This document shows, one piece after another, positions 62,931 through 64,000 of a DNA stretch of 64,000 nucleotides. The stretch lies in assembly GCA_963727825.1 (NCBI GenBank), contig CAVSHO010000011.1:224001-288000 (forward strand), in the 5' to 3' direction. The notes beneath the pieces were generated by a model. It was not told the origin of the DNA, did not search any database, and saw only the letters and a list, made by a program, of their open reading frames with translations. The stretch is from Ignavibacteriota bacterium (GTDB taxonomy: Bacteria; Bacteroidota; Ignavibacteria; UBA10030). The translations under genes were made by a program, and so were the position numbers. The first letter of the stretch is position 1. Every line of letters begins with the position of its first letter.

Positions 62931-64000
62931 ATGCAAATAGGAATTGTTGGCATCCCGTTCTGCGGAAAATCCACATTATTTCAAACCATCACGAAAACTC
63001 ATATTGACCCGACAGCCCTTGCAAAGGCAGAATCGCATCACGCTATAGTAAAAATTCCTGATATCCGGCTGGACAAATGTTCTGAAATATTCTCTCCTAA
63101 AAGGACTATACATGCAACCATCGAATTTGTTGATGTTGTAGGATTGAAAAAAGGCGAGTCCGGCTCAACGCAGTTTTCCACAAACTTTCTATCAAATGTC
63201 AAAACAAACGATGCGCTTGTGCAGGTTGTTCGCTTGTTTGCGAACGATACTGTCCCGCATCCTGACAGCTCAATCAATGCTATGCGGGATATCGAAGCAT
63301 TTGAAACTGAATTTATTCTTTCCGACTTGTCTCTTGTCGAGACACGAATTGATCGGATTAAGAAACAGCTTCTAAAAATGCAAGATGAACTTGCCAAGCG
63401 TGAACTGCCTGTATTAGAAAAATGCAAGCAAATCCTTGAAACTGAAAAACCATTGCGCGAAATCGCATTCACGAAAGATGAACTGCATCTTCTAAAGACT
63501 TACCAGCTTCTTTCCATCAAACCGATGCTCATCGCATTGAACTTAGATGAATCTCAGCGAAGCGACATGGAAAATCTCGTAAAACAAGTAGCCGAAAAGA
63601 AAGAAGGAACGAACACGAAGGTGGTTTCTTTCTTCGGCAAGATAGAGATGGAAATGTCCGAGCTGGCGGATGATGAAGCAAAAGTATTCATGGAAGAATA
63701 CGGAATCAAAGAATCTGCACTCAATACGTTGATTCGCGAAGCATATGCGTTGCTCGGACTTCAATCATTCTTCACGGTCGGCGAAGACGAATGCCGGGCA
63801 TGGACAATCAAAAAGGGAATGAATGCACAGGAATCGGCAGGCGTGATTCATTCTGACTTTTTTGCAAAATTCATTCGTGCGGAAGTTGTCTCATACGATC
63901 ACTTCATCGCCGCTGGAGGTTCTTTTGCTAAAACAAAAGAACTCGGACAATGGCGGCTTGAAGGAAAAGAATATATTGTAAAAGACGGAGATATTATATC
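62931..64000 (+). CDS. ychF: Redox-regulated ATPase YchF (runs off window edge)
   Basis: MQIGIVGHPFCGKSTLF, EFVDVVGL, FFTVGEDECRAW, AGVIHSDF, EGKEYIVKDGDI. Confidence 0.93.
   Translation, partial: MQIGIVGIPFCGKSTLFQTITKTHIDPTALAKAESHHAIVKIPDIRLDKCSEIFSPKRTIHATIEFVDVVGLKKGESGSTQFSTNFLSNVKTNDALVQVVRLFANDTVPHPDSSINAMRDIEAFETEFILSDLSLVETRIDRIKKQLLKMQDELAKRELPVLEKCKQILETEKPLREIAFTKDELHLLKTYQLLSIKPMLIALNLDESQRSDMENLVKQVAEKKEGTNTKVVSFFGKIEMEMSELADDEAKVFMEEYGIKESALNTLIREAYALLGLQSFFTVGEDECRAWTIKKGMNAQESAGVIHSDFFAKFIRAEVVSYDHFIAAGGSFAKTKELGQWRLEGKEYIVKDGDII

Noticed and set aside
560-63764. Numerous short antisense or overlapping ORFs in the track (e.g. 14285-14941, 19474-20061, 59471-60013, 63038-63472)
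   Set aside because: They shadow well-supported genes and show no recognisable motifs

Overview
About 40% GC bacterial chromosome segment. The gene set and order (PorV-like protein, glyQS, amrAB, glmM-eutN-dprA-rpoN-hslVU, nuoA-F, mltG-tsaD, rpmB-pgsA-pgpA-cinA-thpR-recA-recX, three-subunit pnt, ychF) fit an Ignavibacteria/Bacteroidota-type organism; this taxonomy is inferred. Most of the window is housekeeping genes. At least ten genes are frameshifted, nearly all by an apparent single extra base, which most likely reflects long-read consensus error. The accessory part is an ~8 kb island (about 48.5-56.4 kb). It carries a ~1500-aa SF1 helicase fused to a Vsr/DUF559-like nuclease, a small HEPN-motif protein, attC-like half-sites just upstream of both genes, two ORF6N remnants, a REP-associated tyrosine transposase (RAYT) flanked by 84-bp direct repeats, a promoter-to-terminator candidate ncRNA, and a 21-bp periodic array. 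Intergenic regions contain several families of REP/REPIN/MITE-like palindromes, including copies inside the nuo operon next to a duplicated nuoD 5' stub. No tRNA, rRNA or CRISPR array was recognised.
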